Assembly (NCBI GenBank): GCA_024137785.1
Contig: JAHRHZ010000085.1
Coordinates: 3,031,533 to 3,095,532 of the forward strand
Origin: Ginglymostoma cirratum
Lineage: Eukaryota
Reading direction: 5' to 3'
DNA: 64,000 bases
Below, in pieces: positions 1 to 13,579 of this stretch. Position 1 is the first letter of the stretch. Each line of letters starts with the position of its first letter. The notes below the pieces were generated by a model that ran no database searches, had not been told where the DNA came from, and saw nothing but the letters and a program-made list of their open reading frames with translations. Position numbers and translations under genes: made by a program.

Positions 1-370
1 TGCTCATGTTGCTTTTTCCCACATTCCTTCGTACAAGTGCTGTGTGGCACGGGTTATCTGGCAACTGAATCTGACATAGTTTATAGTTGCTAACATATGC
101 AGTACAAACAGAATAACAGCCATTCTGCTACAACTAACTATGCCTGGTTTGCTCCTGCTATTCCCTCCTCTTTTTCATTGAACCAGTTTGGATCACTGTG
201 GTCATGCTTACCAATTCTGTAGTGGATAGATGCTTCTGCAACTGGCGGACTGGTGAGGATAATTCCAAATGAATTGCTTTCCCCACATATTGACAGTCCA
301 ATGTGCCTCATCAAAGCCCAGTCCTGAGCTGTTCAGTCTTCAGTGTTTATCTCATTCAGTATTTTACAAA
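1..370 (-). mobile_element. CR1/L2-group LINE fragment, same family as 24050-27640
   Basis: 141-195 is a diverged reverse-complement match to ~24905-24968. Confidence 0.6.
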
Positions 371-1149
371 TGCCACAGAAAAGGATGTAATGTATCTGTT
401 CGATTTCAATGAGAGTCTGAGTTGCGGGCTAGATTCAGATGGCCTTTATTTGTAATTTACAGCTCAGTTACAGCATACAGCAAAAAGGAACAGGAAAAAA
501 AAACAGCACAAAGGCATCTTAACTGATACAATTTCAACTTCGAATGCACATGCACTGCCCCCACCCCCCTTTAATTACAATTGGTCAGCTGTGCCAAGTT
601 GTCCATCTATAATTGGCTCTCGGCTTGCGAATCACTGAGATGGACAGGCTTGTTGTACATCCCTGGTCATGATGTTCTCACAGACTTTCTTATCTTCCTG
701 CTCCGTGTCAGTTGCTAATTAATTAGTTCAGGAAGTTTTAAATTTCTATTTACAGGGAATACAAAAGATGCAATGCGGAGGAGAGCATTTTTACTGAATG
801 AAAGTAGTTTGAATCTTTTGGTGATTTTTTTCGCATATTACAGATTTATTAAATAATTAAAGAGAAACAACCAATTCTGCAACTTTGATTGGTTCATTGC
901 TATGTGCAGGGCTGCTATTGTTATCAAATGTTACATGCTGTCATCTATATTCTTGCAAGAATGATGGCACATTCAGCAACCTTAGCCTATTTTGTGACTC
1001 AGTTATGGACAGCCCAAACAATCTCCCACTTTGATTCCCCCTGAAGCGAATCACTGAGCACACAAGTGTACAGTTACATACACAAGACAGGCTTTTTATG
1101 CAAGAATGATTGCCGCACGGGTTGCTAATCTTCCAGGAGCTGAACCTGC

Positions 1150-2400
1150 GGGGCCACGGCAAAAACCACCTGTTGGCAAGAACATTTGATTCATAAAAAC
1201 AAACAACACAAAATGAGAATTACTGCAACAAACAACATTGTACCCGACAACAGGGAGGCCCTCAAGGATCCCAACCAGCGTGTTGCCCAACTCCAGAGTG
1301 GAGGATGGAGGTTGTTTTAGTTTGCCAATATATTTTTGTATATGTGTTGATAAATCAGTGATTACTTTGAAAGTTATCTGGGATATAATTCAGCCCCAAT
1401 TTGGACACAAGTGTTTGCTTTTCAGACAGTATCCAACCATGAGCCATTCTGTTCTGCAACTCTGTTTTACAGATGGCTACCATTTCAGTGCTTATTTTTA
1501 TCCAAGGCCCCTGCAGTATCATTGGGCATCTGTTCTCGGATATCTCCCACGATGAAATATTCCCTCACCAGATTTGTCGTCTCGTACCAGGGGATCAAGA
1601 TGCCAACGTGTCCCTCTGACTCTTTAATGATCCATTTAAATCTATGCCAGTGGGGTATCTCAGGTCGGGAGAATAAGTGATGGACAAAGGGGACGACAAA
1701 AGACTCAAGTAACGCAATCCTGTCCATGATGAATGCAACACTTGCAGTATCTCGTCTCCTGCCCTCACGGCTGTGTCTTATGTAAACATAACCCTCCTGT
1801 TTGCTCTCCCCATTCCAGAGGGTAAGGTTCAAGAAAGGAGGTCGTTGTGAGGTGCTGTAATGAGGCTGATTCCACCTTTGAAAGGCGGCTGGGTTGTAAC
1901 CTGCTGACTCCCACTGATCTCGGGGGTCACCCAACCCACCCCAGTTCCTGCTGAGGACTGCCATGCCAGTCGTGCTGGACCCTCCGAGGGGGCGTTCTGG
2001 CAAATTAGCCTAACAAATAGTCTGTCTGTTTTGGCTAAGTCCTGCAAGCAGATTACAACTCTCGGTGTTCCTGACCCTTCCCTTGGGCACGACTTCGAGT
2101 TTCTCCCAATAAACTTTAGCTGTGGAAGATGCTCCTTGTGTTTCAATGAAGGCGTGCTTCAATGTGGCCTGTGACTTTGTCCCATAGCCACAATAACTGG
2201 GAACTACCATCCTTTGATACCGAGTGGAACCTTTTCAGGTTCAAATAAGGAACAAAAGGGGACAGCAAATGAACCAGGGTTAGAGGTTGCTGTGAATACA
2301 GGGTACTCATGTAGTCCAGTCCCTTTGCCTGTGCATGCTTCTTGTATCCTGCTGACTGCACGAAACTGATGGATGGAATGATTAAATTAATCACTTGACA
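1150..2400 (-). mobile_element. env: Endogenous retrovirus env remnant, gamma-type TM subunit
   Basis: Across frameshifts: HRFKW (degenerate furin site, 1643-1632), GILIPWY fusion-peptide-like segment, EQMPNDTAGAL heptad, LQNRMAHGWILSEK (immunosuppressive domain, ~1459-1420), YIPDN, then LWSWATRWLG and hydrophobic MLFVAVILILCCLFL. Confidence 0.8.
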
Positions 2401-2594
2401 ATCAATACCACTTCAGGCACCAAAGAGTATATTGTTTTATACACGTGAGGTAAGAGTGTCTGGGTCGTTCAAGGACTTCTCCACTGATTAAAGGAAAACA
2501 TGCAGCTTGGATATAGTCAGTGAGCTTACTTCAGCTTTCATCTAACTCCTCATCCAATTACATGGGGGGAATAACATCATATGAACGTGTGATC

Positions 2595-3040
2595 AATGCA
2601 TGGTTCGTCTCTTCCATACTGGGTGTCCAAAGATCAGGAGCGTGGGGCTGAAGTGCAGCCATAAACACAAAAGGAGGTCTTTAAGATAACTGAAAAGCGA
2701 GTGCAAACACCCAGACCCAGTATCCACATGGTCCACGGGCCCCACAGCGCCACAAAACAGACAGTTGGACTGGGAATCCGTGAACCACCGCAATCTGCAG
2801 TTACATGGGACTATTGCGTGCAACAACCTCCCCCCGAGATTCCAGAGGGAAAGGGGGAGGACTCCCACGTAGAGAGCCCTCCACTGGGGTTCCCCGCCGC
2901 CCATTGGTAAATGGGCACGGCAAGGTGTGCCGGGGCAGTGGGTGATGGAGAAGAAGTGGATGATGTACAGCAGCAGTCTGTACAGGGCACGTCCTGTTTT
3001 TGTTGGTCAGCCAGGTCTCCCTGTTTGGCCCAGGTTAACA
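2595..3040 (-). mobile_element. Tx1/L1-clade LINE ORF2 C-terminal (zf-RVT) fragment
   Basis: WRALY...RLLHAIVPCN...CLFCG...VDH...CLHSLFSYLKDLL...FSPTLLIFGHP. Confidence 0.75.
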
Positions 3041-3624
3041 ACCTCAGTCAAGGATCTCATAGTCAATAAGATTCACCTGGTTATAATCACTACAAAGACA
3101 ATCGATGAATTCTCCCGGCCACCTCAACTCTGACTTTCCTCCCGATAGGCATAGACCATGTTCCCACCTGAATATAGTCCCTGTTCTTTCTTCCTGATGC
3201 ATTTCCAGTTCTTTAGAGAAATTACAACAGAACAATACTTCAGGTATTCAATCCCCGGGAATTTATTTGATTCATGCTTCGCTTTTGTTTCTTGTATTTT
3301 CAGTTGAATTATTTGCTGTGGAATGTTGTACATTCCCACCCCGTTATTTTTGGGACCATCAAGGGATCTTTCCTCTTTCTGCTATTTCTCATAATGATGT
3401 TGCTTGTAAGGGTCAACATTTTGAAAAATGGCATCTGTTCCCGCATATACATTTTAGGATATACCGTGTAAGGTCATAATCACATCTTTCAACCACTGCA
3501 CTACCCCTACAATCTCAGGTCGATATCCATTATTGGATGAGCTGACATGACATTTCTTCTGTAACCATTTTTAGTCTCCATCACAGATACTTTTTCATCA
3601 TCATGGAATGTATTTATTTCCTGA

Positions 3625-4025
3625 GATGATGTTACTGGTGTTGGAGGGCTTGAGCTACAGGGACAGGTTGAATAAACTGGGGCTATTTTCCCTGCAGTGT
3701 CAGAGGCTGAGGAGTGACAGGATAGGGGAGTCCAAAACTGTAGGGAATAATTTTAAGGTGAGAGGGGAAACATTTAATATTGACGTAAGGAGAAACGTTT
3801 TCATACAGACTGTGATGCATCTATGGACTGAGGTGTCAGACGAAGTGTAGAGGCTGGTGCAATTACAATATTTGAAAGGCATTTGGATGGGCACATGAAT
3901 AGGAAGGGCTGAGAGGAATATGGGTCAAATACTTACAAATGGGACTGGATTAATCTTGGATATCTGGTCAGCAGGAATGAATTGGACCGAATGGTCTGTT
4001 TCCGTGGTGTATAACTCTATGACTT
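3625..4025 (+). mobile_element. CR1 LINE 3' end
   Basis: LEGLSYRDRLNKLGLFSL...RLR...F...V..LW, followed by a 3' tail ending ctctatgact. Confidence 0.8.
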
Positions 4026-5716
4026 TATAACAGGTTAAATACAATGAACTGAAAAATCTGCCTCAGATTGAACTTTAAAGGAAAGAAAAAAAATCTAAAC
4101 AATGTCATACGGCTAATGCTATTCCATGTTCAAAGCATAACATTGTGGATTTATTTCACGTCTTTAATATCACAGGGATGGAATCAATGTAAATATTGAC
4201 TCAATCTTTCGAACAACCCCATGCTTTAGTTGCATTTGAAAATCGAATTAATTTCAAATATCCAGTGTCTTACCATTTTCCAAAGTTGTTAATTTATTTG
4301 AATACTCGTCATATTAAAAGCCCACTGCCGCTGTGTGTACACTTATAAGGAGCATAGATACAGCAGTTTGGGATAAACATTTCCCAACATTAGAGGCATC
4401 AATAAGAAGGGGTACAATTTTAAGATGGGGAGCAGATGGTTTAGAGGGATTTGAGGAATTCTATTTCACCTAGAGGGCTGTGGGTATCTTAAATTAACTG
4501 ACTAAAAAGCAATAGGGATGGGAAACCTCAAAACATTTCAGAAAAATTTAGGTGAGACTTGAATCCATGTAGTATACAAACTGCAGGCCAAGAGCTGGGA
4601 AATGGAATTAGAATAAAATGTTGCTTGATGACCACCACAATGGCTGAAGGACAGAATTTCCTTGCAGTTAAAAAAAAACTGCAACTCTGATTCTCACATC
4701 AGCATGTTTATTGTTTATTGTTGAGGTTTGGGACTATTATGCCCACATCTACTGGGAGATTACCACATCACGGTTCATGCTACCGTTCAAGGGCAGTTTC
4801 AAAAAACAACATCACACACAAATAAACGCTCCAAACTCCACCAGCTCTGGGCCAGCGATGCAAGTACCAGATTTTTCATACGATGTGTCAGTTATCTCAT
4901 AATGTGATCAAAATTGTAATGATGAGAAATGAAATTGAGCCGGATGTATATCAACAAAAATGTTGACTTGTGACTTGGTCAATTTTGTTTGAAAGTATTT
5001 CATTTTTGTAAACTAGTAATTTAATCTTAAGAATGCTGAATCATAAAGGGAGGCATGTTCATCAGTCCCATGAATTTAAACCTCGGCAGTCTGTGCTGGT
5101 GTATCTCACTTTTAGTAAAAGGGCAGTGCAGTTGAAGTGTTAAATGAGGAGGGCATTTCACAGTATCTTTGTGTATTACTTGAAAGTTCCAAAAGTCAAC
5201 TGTTACGGAGCAAAACAAGAAATAAATTGCATATCCGTTGAATTTTGGTGAAGCTGTATTTTTTGCTGAGGATATGAAGTATGATGGTGCAAATGTAAAA
5301 TATTGTGAGGTCATTCAGATCAAAATCATTAGCGGACACTTCGCAAATTTATACAATGCTTCCAATTCTCTGCTCAAAGGCATAGATATATGCATGCATA
5401 GTGCAAGAGTGAAAGTAAAACAAGTTGTTCTTCCCCAAGAATATGTGGGGAAATTGTGACAGGAGATAGCTTTCATTCTGGAGGCTATGCACTGATAATG
5501 AGATAAATGGATACTGTTTTAAGGAGAAACAACGTGCATGGCAAGGCGTTGTTTGCAGCTGAGAGAAAAGTCTAATTGAACTGAACTGATGCATATGAAA
5601 CAATGTTGCCTTTTGGATACATTGAGTATGGACAATCTGGCACCATTTGTTGTGGGATCAGGACAGCTCAGCACAATAAGAGCCTTATGATTGACCTGTC
5701 TGCAGTTTCACACAGA

Positions 5717-5940
5717 AACAAAAACAGAGGTTTCTGGAAAATCTCAGCAGATCTGGCAGCATCTGCGAAGAGAAATCAAAGATAACGTTTTGTTTCTGGT
5801 GATCCTTCCTCAGGACAGTTACTGGACCCGAAGCATTATCTCTGATTTCTCTTCACAGATGCTGCCAGTCCTGCTGAGGTTTTCCAGCAACTTCTGTTTT
5901 TGTTTCTGATTGACAGCATCAGCAGTTCTTTCAGTTTTTA
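5717..5940. mobile_element. Palindromic Penelope-terminus-derived short element with TSD
   Basis: Arms aaaacagaggtttctggaaaatctcagcag... and ...ctgctgaggttttccagcaacttctgtttt are inverted repeats. Flanked by tgcagtttcacacaga / tgcagtttgacacaga (5701-5716, 5941-5956). Confidence 0.7.
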
Positions 5941-6364
5941 TGCAGTTTGACACAGATGCTGTGGAGATGCGAAACAAAGTGAGTAGACCTCCTCAAGCTG
6001 TCTGCATAAGTCTCTCTCTCACGGGTTCTTTGGGTCAGGACAGTGGAATGTCTGTGGTGATTTGGGGTGTTCAATTGCTCGGCCAGAATTAGAACAAATG
6101 TTGATTTCTCCAATTGTTCCTGGTTGAACAAGAAATAAGTAATTGGTGATTCTTTTCACCAAGAAGACAGACAGACTGATGTAACATCAACATCCACAAC
6201 AAGGAGGTAAATTGGGAATTTTCTGAGCATTTGGACAAATAAATTGATTCCTGCAGTTGTGCAAATTAAATGCTTCTGACACAGGCCACAGACTGGAATA
6301 CAGGTACCGCATAGATTTCCAGTATAATTGAGAGTAAAAGTTTTGAGAAGACTGATAGCTCACA

Positions 6365-7345
6365 TTGTGGATGAGGTTGTTGATTTGGTCACCGAGCTGG
6401 AAGGTTGGTTTGCAGACGTTTCATCACCATACTTGGTAACACCACTGCGCTTCCGGTGAAGCATTGATGTGACAGCACTGTTTATTTCCATAGATATCCC
6501 CTTAGTTAAGGAAACAATAGCCTCGTTACTGGATGACCCAGTGATGCCGACCCCCTACAACACCAACACCATCAGCAAGGACAGCACCCTCAAACTACTA
6601 GATTTATGCCTCACGATCTACTTTGCCTTCAATGGCCAGGTATACAAACAAATCAACAGAATACCCATGAGATCACCCATATCGGGACTCACAGCTGAAG
6701 CAGGAATGCAAAGACGATAACGGATAGCTCTTCCCATTGTCCATCCAAAACTATGGGTCCTCTCTGTGGATGACATACTTGTCTTTAGCAAACGCACAAA
6801 ACTGGAGGAAACCCATCAACTCATTAACACCATCCTCACTGGCATAAATTCACTGGGGAAGAGGAAAACACCAACCGCATCCCATTCCTGGACGTAATGG
6901 TCGAACGAAGGGCCATCGGTGAGCTCCAGAACAGTGAATACAGAAAGGCTACCTTTACGGTCCAAATACGTAACTACAACAGAAACCACCACAACACCCA
7001 GAAACAAAGCTGCACCAAAATTCTGTTGAAAAGAGCCACAACACACTGCAGCACCCAGAACTGTGTAAAGCCGAAGAAGAACACCTCCACAGCGTCCGTA
7101 GAGAACAACAGCGACCCAAAAAGCACATTCTGCTGGTACTTTCACAACAGGCAACAACAGGAAGACACAGCATGCCCGGATACACTAGTCACCCTGCCAC
7201 ACATCAGGAACGTATCAAAGATGACCACCAGACTACTCCAACCACCAGGAATCGCGGTAACACACAAACCCACAGCTACTCGACGACAACTACTAACAAT
7301 AACAAAGGATCCCATACCCACAGCGAACAGGACAAACGTTATAAC
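6365..7345 (+). mobile_element. Penelope-like element RT fragment
   Basis: DVTALFISI...YFAFNGQVYKQINRIPMRSPIS...WVLSVDD...PFLDVMVER...YRKAT...LLKRATTHCS, frameshifted. Confidence 0.85.
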
Positions 7346-8752
7346 TGAACATTTCTGTGAGAAAAGGATCACAACAGATTGAAACTATCACTGACTTACA
7401 GCCATATATATGTTCCAAGCCCCTCGTAATACCATAGAGTCAATGGATTCCCGAGACAGAAAATTCTCGATGCAGTTTCCTCATGATGAGAGCATGTCTC
7501 GACAGACCTAAGGTAGAACTTTGGAAAAGCAGGTTGCTGAAGCACCAGAATAATGAGATAAACAAATTATTCAATAACCAGTTTGTATGTCACGCCATTT
7601 TAACGAAACAATGTCACCAATTACAAGAATTAGAAATATACTTAAACACAACAAAATAACGAACCCAACATGAAGATCAACTCTTCCCAATTTTAAATTT
7701 GTTTTTACTATCAGTTATTTGATAAGACCAATAATGTTCCTTGCACCAATCTTTTGTCTTCCTAGCTTTCAATAAACTGCGAATGCCTTCACTGCACTCA
7801 CTGGTGGAAAGGGGTTACATAGTCAACAGTCAATGAGAACAATTTGTATAGATTGTCTGAATGGAATACTGTCAAAGACATGATGCTGTTATGTAGAAGC
7901 TTTAAAAAGTAATAAGGAAAGGGATTTCGGTAGGTTAATCTGACATTGCTGCTCAGTTCTTTAGGGTATAGGAGTGAGAGGTTTATAACTGTGCTCCACT
8001 TTCCTGCATGTATTCCAGGATGTAGCAGTAGTTCACCTCCGTGTCCTTCAAATTACAGTGGTCTGCTTCTTCACAACATTTCATTTTAAGTAGTTAGCAA
8101 CACTGAAAACCAAAAAGCACTTGGCTCTGCCTGCCAAACAAGGAGCCAACAAATCAAATCGTACTATCGAGGATTTAGTGTAAAGCGTTGCAGATGTCAG
8201 CACTTCAAGTGCACATTCAAGCAAAAACAACTTGTGAAAGGGCCAACGGTGTCTGTCTCTGATATCTGTTCAGGAAACGGGTTCCAGATGGTTACCACAC
8301 TCTGGGATAAACTGTTTTATCATCTCCCAATTAAGCTTTTCTATGAATGTTTTTAAATCTATAACCCTGCATCACTGAACTCAATATGAAGGTCACTGAC
8401 CGTTTCCCCATCTACTATGCCTCGGCCCATCTCAGTTTTATGCATCCCAACTAAATTCTCCCTCTGACTCGTCTTATTTCAATGGCAAAATCGTCAACCC
8501 ATTCAATCAAACTAACCTCCAAAATACCGTCTGTACCTTCTTTAAAGTCATCATTTTTGTGGCAGTTTCCAGATACAAAACCAACAGATCTTATTTGAAA
8601 AGGAATGCATTTTTTTCACTCAGAATTTAGTCATGTGCTCATTGACGCGCACATACGTATGTGATTAAATTGGAACAGAGACAAGCGTTCAAAAAGCATT
8701 TGTCTGTCCTGTTTTCAGTCACAACTGATGATCCCAGATTTTACCCGCTGAT

Positions 8753-8807
8753 ATGTCTGTGCATCATTCATTATGGGCTGTCTGTCTGCCGTGAATCTCG
8801 TGTGCAA
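8753..8807 (+). pseudogene. Copy A leader exon with in-frame stop (MSVHHSLWAVCLP*ISCA)
   Basis: 55 nt from ATG to a phase-1 donor (A|gtacac). Same length and nearly the same distance to the V exon (304 vs 303 nt) as the copy B leader MFVSGSLWNCCLLYISYP. Confidence 0.75.
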
Positions 8808-9111
8808 GTACACATTTATTTTGCTAAGCATTCACTCTTCATAGGCAAGACACAATGTGAACTTCCAGCTAGATTTGATAAATTAATGGTTACCTTTTTT
8901 TCAAGTCAGTTATTCCCAGAACTCAGTTGCCACTGGGTATGTCAGAGAAAAAAAAACATTCAATGAGTACAATAGTTTAAAAATGGGAGAATTAGTTGAA
9001 AAGTAAAATGTGGTAAATTGCTGTTGCATCAATAGCCTGGAATAATGATGTAATTTGTGTGGTGCAGACCGTCCTTCTTGTTTAATCTCAGTGTGTTTCC
9101 TTGGTTGACAG

Positions 9112-9420
9112 TTGCTGTTAGCATTTCGGCCAAAGTAAATTCGGACCTAACACGGAAAACCGTGCAGAGAGGTTCATCAGTTCTCATGCAATGTCCTTTC
9201 TCCTTCGAGTTCGACTATTCAAATGTTGTTGCTCACTGTTGGAGAGAAGGTAATGATACCTTTCTGCAGGAGGACAGCAAAAAGCTCTTCCGTGTAATTA
9301 GAGGAGAAGCCAACCTTAAAATTCTAAATGTGACTGTCCGCGACGCTGGAACATATCACTGTGCAGTCAAATATCAGCATCGAACAGTTGTGAAAGCTGC
9401 TGTGCAACTTACTGTATATG
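9112..9420 (+). CDS. Copy A Ig V-set domain exon
   Basis: acag| acceptor and G|gtaagt donor, phase 1-1, open 309 nt. Reads ...VLMQCPF...HCWREG...LKILNVTVRDAGTYHCAV...VQLTVY, with B-strand Cys, C-strand Trp and DxGxYxC. Confidence 0.9.
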
Positions 9421-9619
9421 GTAAGTGTCACCTCAGATAAACACGGAGCCCTAGCTGCTTAAAAACAATCAATAACAGTAAACAAATCAATTTATCAGAT
9501 ATAGACATTTCGTGTAAAATATTTGCAGTTTTTCTGAAAATGAAAAGTGTTCAAGAATGTGGAGACCTTGACGAATCAGTAACACCTCAAAGTTTGAGAT
9601 CTACAGTATATTAGAAATG

Positions 9620-10440
9620 AATCACTCGTGGGATTTGGGCATCACTGGCTGGCCAGCATTTATTGCCTCTGCCTGGTGACCCTTGCCAAGGTGGCAGTGA
9701 GCTGCCTTCTTGATCCACTGCAGTCCATGTGCTGTAAATAGAGTCACAATGCCATTCGGGAGAAATGACAGGTTTTTGACTCAGGGACCGTGAAGGAACA
9801 GTGATATATTTCCATGTCAGGATGGTGAGTGCCGTGGGAGAAACTTGCACTGAGTGGTGTTCCCATATACTTGCTGCTCTTGCCCTTTTAGTTGTTAGTG
9901 ATTGTAGGTTTGGATAGTGTTCTCTCGGGTATTTTGGTTAATTTCTGCAATGCATCTTAAAGTTACACAATATCGCTGCTAAGTGCCTGTGATGGAGTGG
10001 TCGAATGTGTTGCCAATTAAGTGGGCAGCTTTTTACTGGATGATGTCAAACTTCTTGAATGCTTTTGGACCTGCAGGCGTGCAGGCAAATGGGGAGCATT
10101 CCAACACACTCCTTACTTGTGCCTTGTCGATGGTGAACAGGCTTTGGGGAGTCAGCAGTCGAGTTATTCGCTGCAGTATTCCCAGACTCTGACCTACGGT
10201 TCTATTTATATGGCTCGCCCAGTTCTGTTTCTTATCAATGGTAACCCCTCAAATGTCGGTAGTGGGGAATTCACTGATGGTGATGCCACTGAATAGTAAG
10301 GGGCGGATATTTAGATTATTTCTTATCGGAGATGGTGTTTGCCTGGCATCTGTGTGCCCTGCACGTTCCTGTCGACTTTTCAGCCCAAACCCGGATGTTG
10401 TCCAGTTCTTGCTGCACTTGGTCAGAGGATGCTTCAGTTT
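9620..10440 (-). mobile_element. LINE 3' fragment in the copy A V-C1 intron
   Basis: Co-linear with 32790-33325 and with the reverse complement of ~27100-27640. Confidence 0.65.
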
Positions 10441-10927
10441 TATGCATTTGGCTTTTGGAGGGAAATTGACTGCAATACTTTGAAGTTTTTATTTTGTCGT
10501 TGAATATGGAGTGACAGAATGAATATCCCTGAAATTATGTGTGATATTTTGAAGTGTTTAATGCATCACGAGAAAAACCGAACTCTCAGTCCCATCACTT
10601 GGATAGATTTTGTTAAATTCCTCGGATCCAGGTCCAATTCCTCATCCTGTTGGCAAAAGAAAGGTGCAGTATGACAATTCAATCATGTTTCTATTATTAA
10701 GTAGAAACAAATTCTTGAAACTCTTTTTTCGAAAATGTAGGTGGTATATTGAATGGACTTGAGGGGATTTTTTTCAATGTGGTAACGTAGTATCTGTTTC
10801 ATGAACTGTTCATAGCAACAATTAATGTGACTCTCGTGCTGAAATAAATTGTTTTGTTCACTTAAAAAGTACATTTTTGCAGGAGATGTAAAGTCGTTTT
10901 ATCTCTTCTCTGTTATTTACCATTCAG

Positions 10928-11239
10928 CTCCACCAGCTCCTCTGAAAATTGTCTCTGTGCCATCTGAAGAACTGTTTTGTGCTTCTCTCCGACTCCAGTG
11001 CAGGACGTCTGACTTTTACCCAAAAGCCTTTCACCTTACTTGGCACAAAAATGGTGCTATCATATTGACAGGAATTAGGAATAAACAACAGGCAAAAACT
11101 GAGAATCTTTATGAAGTCATCAGCACCTTGGAGTTGCGAGAGGCAGTTGAGAGCGGGACAGTTTACACCTGTCAAGTATATCACGTTTCAAGCTCATTTC
11201 CAGCAAATGCCAGTTATACTGTTACTGTTGCGAATAAAA
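10928..11239 (+). CDS. Copy A Ig C1-set domain exon
   Basis: ttcag| acceptor and A|gtaaca donor, phase 1-1, open 312 nt. LQCRTSDFYPKAFHLTWHKNG...YEVISTL...YTCQVYHVS carries the C1 motifs CxxxxFYP, W and YxCxVxH. Confidence 0.9.
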
Positions 11240-11554
11240 GTAACATTTCATAACATGTGGTACATTGAATGAACACGTATCAACAGGTTATGGTAAATAT
11301 GTAGAAAGTGGTTATGACAGTTTGCAAGTGATTATATGAAAAGACAATTATTTGCATGTGATTGTGTCAAAGTTGAAATTAGGCCCTATTGTATGGATTA
11401 AGTTTTCTTTCTTCCTGCTGTTTGGAGCTGATACGCAGTTATCACAAATGACTTTACCACAACTGGATTACAGTCTTCAACATAGGTCATCCAATTATTT
11501 TGTTCATACACTGACGACTGTCAAAGGGCTGTGTGGTCAATGTTCATTCTTAGA

Positions 11555-12808
11555 AAGGTCAGGCCGCATTGGAGTATTGCATGCAGTTCTGGTCATTCCA
11601 CTATAGGAAAGATATTATTAACTAGAAAAAGTGCAAAAACGATTTCCTACGATGCTACATGGGCTGCAATGTTTGAGGTGTAAGGAGAGATTTGATAGGC
11701 TGGGACTTTTTTTCAGTGGAGCACAGGGGCTCAGGGTAACCTGAGAGGGGTCTGTAAGCTCATGAGAAGCAGAGATAAGTAGACAGCCAACAGCTTTCCC
11801 CCATTGATTGATGTCCATGTGCATAGATCCCTGAAAGTTGCCACCCAGGTTGACAGGGTTGTTAGGAAGGCGTACGGTGTGTTAGGTTTTATTGGTAGAG
11901 GGATTGAATTTCGGAGCCGTGCGGTCATGTTGCAGCTGGACAAAACTCTGGAGTGGCCGCACTTGGAGTATGCATGCAGTTCTGGTTGCCGCATTCTAGG
12001 AAGGATGTGGAAGAATTGGAAAGGGAGCAGAGGAGATTTACCAGGATGTTGCCTGGTATGGAGGGAATGTCTTATGAGGAAAGGCTGAGGGACTTGAGGC
12101 TGTTTTTGTTAGAGGGAAGAAGGTTAAGAGGTGACTTAATAGAGACATACAAGATGATCAGAGGATTAGATAGGGTGGAAGTGATAGCCTTTTTCGTCGG
12201 ATGGTGATGGCGAGCACGAGGGGACATAGCTTTAAATTGAGGGGTGATAGATATAGGATAGATGTCAGAGGTAGGTTCTTTACTCAGAGAGTACTAAAGG
12301 CTTGGAATGTCCTGCCTGCAACAGTAGTAGACTCGCCAACTTTAAGCGCATTCAAATGGTCATTGCATAAACATATGGATGATAATGGAACAGTGTAGGT
12401 TAGATGGGCTTCAATTTGGTTTCACAGGTCGGTGCAACATCGAGGGCCGAAGGGCCTGTACTGCACTGTAATGTTGTCTGTTCTCTGTTCTATGCTCTAT
12501 GGTAGAGGTGTCTAAATTTAGAGAGCATAGGATTAAGATGAGAGAGAAGACATGCAAAAGAGTCCAGAGGAGCAATTGATTCAACACAGCAATGAGGATG
12601 GTCTCTTGAATGAGCTGTCAGATTTAATGATGGAGGCGAGTACAATTTTGCCATTTAAGAAACATTTGGACAGGTACATGGATGGAATGGGTACAGAGGG
12701 ATATGGACTAAATGCAGGCGTGTGGGACTCGTTTAATTGTGAAAACTGGGCAGCATGGACAAGTTGGGACGACGGACCTGTTTTCATGTTGAAATCTCTA
12801 TGACTGTA
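11555..12808 (+). mobile_element. Two nested CR1 3' fragments (younger 11806-12495 inside an older one)
   Basis: The older element (LEYCMQFWS...IIKLEKVQKRF) breaks near 11805 and resumes near 12497. The insert encodes VDRVVRKAYGVLGFIGRGIEF...LERxQRRFTRMLPG and has its own ttct/ctat tail. Confidence 0.8.
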
Positions 12809-13385
12809 TGAAATAGCTCCACTCAGGATCGTTGTATGAAATAGCTCCAGACAGTCCAGCCGATTTTCGCCATTCATCAGAATGACACATACTCGATTTG
12901 ATGCTAAACATTGATTCAGTGCTGAATTGTCTGTCGCTGCACAGAGATTAAAATCATTTAAACTAAAGTTTACCTCCACAAGTAACTCAAGCAAATCTGA
13001 AAACAGGTTTCATTATGTATTTTTTCTGACTTTGATCAGTATGCAATCCAGTTAAACTCCCACCAAATAATTTTATATTTTGTGTCTTAGCTTTTCGAAC
13101 TGAACACTGATTGCAATTAGCTCTATTTTCACTAATTTTAAATTTGTCATTAATTGAGTTACTTTTATCGTTTACCTATTTCTCTAATTTCCAGACATTT
13201 TGTTTCTGATTGTGTACAGATCAGTTGAACAAAGATACAGCAAAATTGAAATGCTGAGGCTTTATGTACTACGTTTATCATATGTGTAAGGCAGTGCAAT
13301 TGAGAATGGTGCACCTGACATTTTAACCTGAGTATCTTCTGCTTATATTGCAACTCCTCTGTTTGAATGTACATTAACATAACAG

Positions 13386-13499
13386 AATTTGCCTCTAAAA
13401 TCAGTGTCACTATGGCCGCTGGTTGTGCTGCTGGTGGTCTTGCAATTCTAATATTGGCCTTGATGATCGCAAAGGGTCTTCTGTTCTTTATCATCAAAA
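13386..13499 (+). CDS. Copy A transmembrane exon (KFASKISVTMAAGCAAGGLAILILALMIAKGLLFFIIK)
   Basis: aacag| acceptor and A|gtatga donor, 114 nt, phase 1-1, hydrophobic. Same length as the copy B TM exon. Confidence 0.85.
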
Positions 13500-13545
13500 G
13501 TATGAACAGGAATGAAATCTCACACTGAAATTAACATTATTGGGA

Positions 13546-13579
13546 TCTGAACTCTGAACTCTGAACTGAACTCTGAACT
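13546..13579 (+). repeat. (CTCTGAA)n short tandem repeat
   Basis: tctgaactctgaactctgaactgaactctgaact. Confidence 0.8.

Noticed and set aside
7670-7725. Alternative leader exon for copy A
   Set aside because: The ATG frame stops after 8 codons and there is no GT donor.
9057-9111. N-terminal hydrophobic part of ORF 9057-9440 as a signal peptide
   Set aside because: It starts at a non-ATG codon and is the polypyrimidine tract of the V acceptor. The homologous leader is at 8753-8807.
9057-11253. V and C1 exons as a rearranging TCR/Ig locus
   Set aside because: The V exon includes its final strand and ends in a splice donor. I see no RSS or separate J segment next to it, and the tail carries ITIMs.
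13470-13476. Lys in the copy A TM exon as a DAP12-type charged residue
   Set aside because: The same Lys is present in all three copies, including ITIM-bearing B, and probably marks the cytoplasmic edge of the helix.
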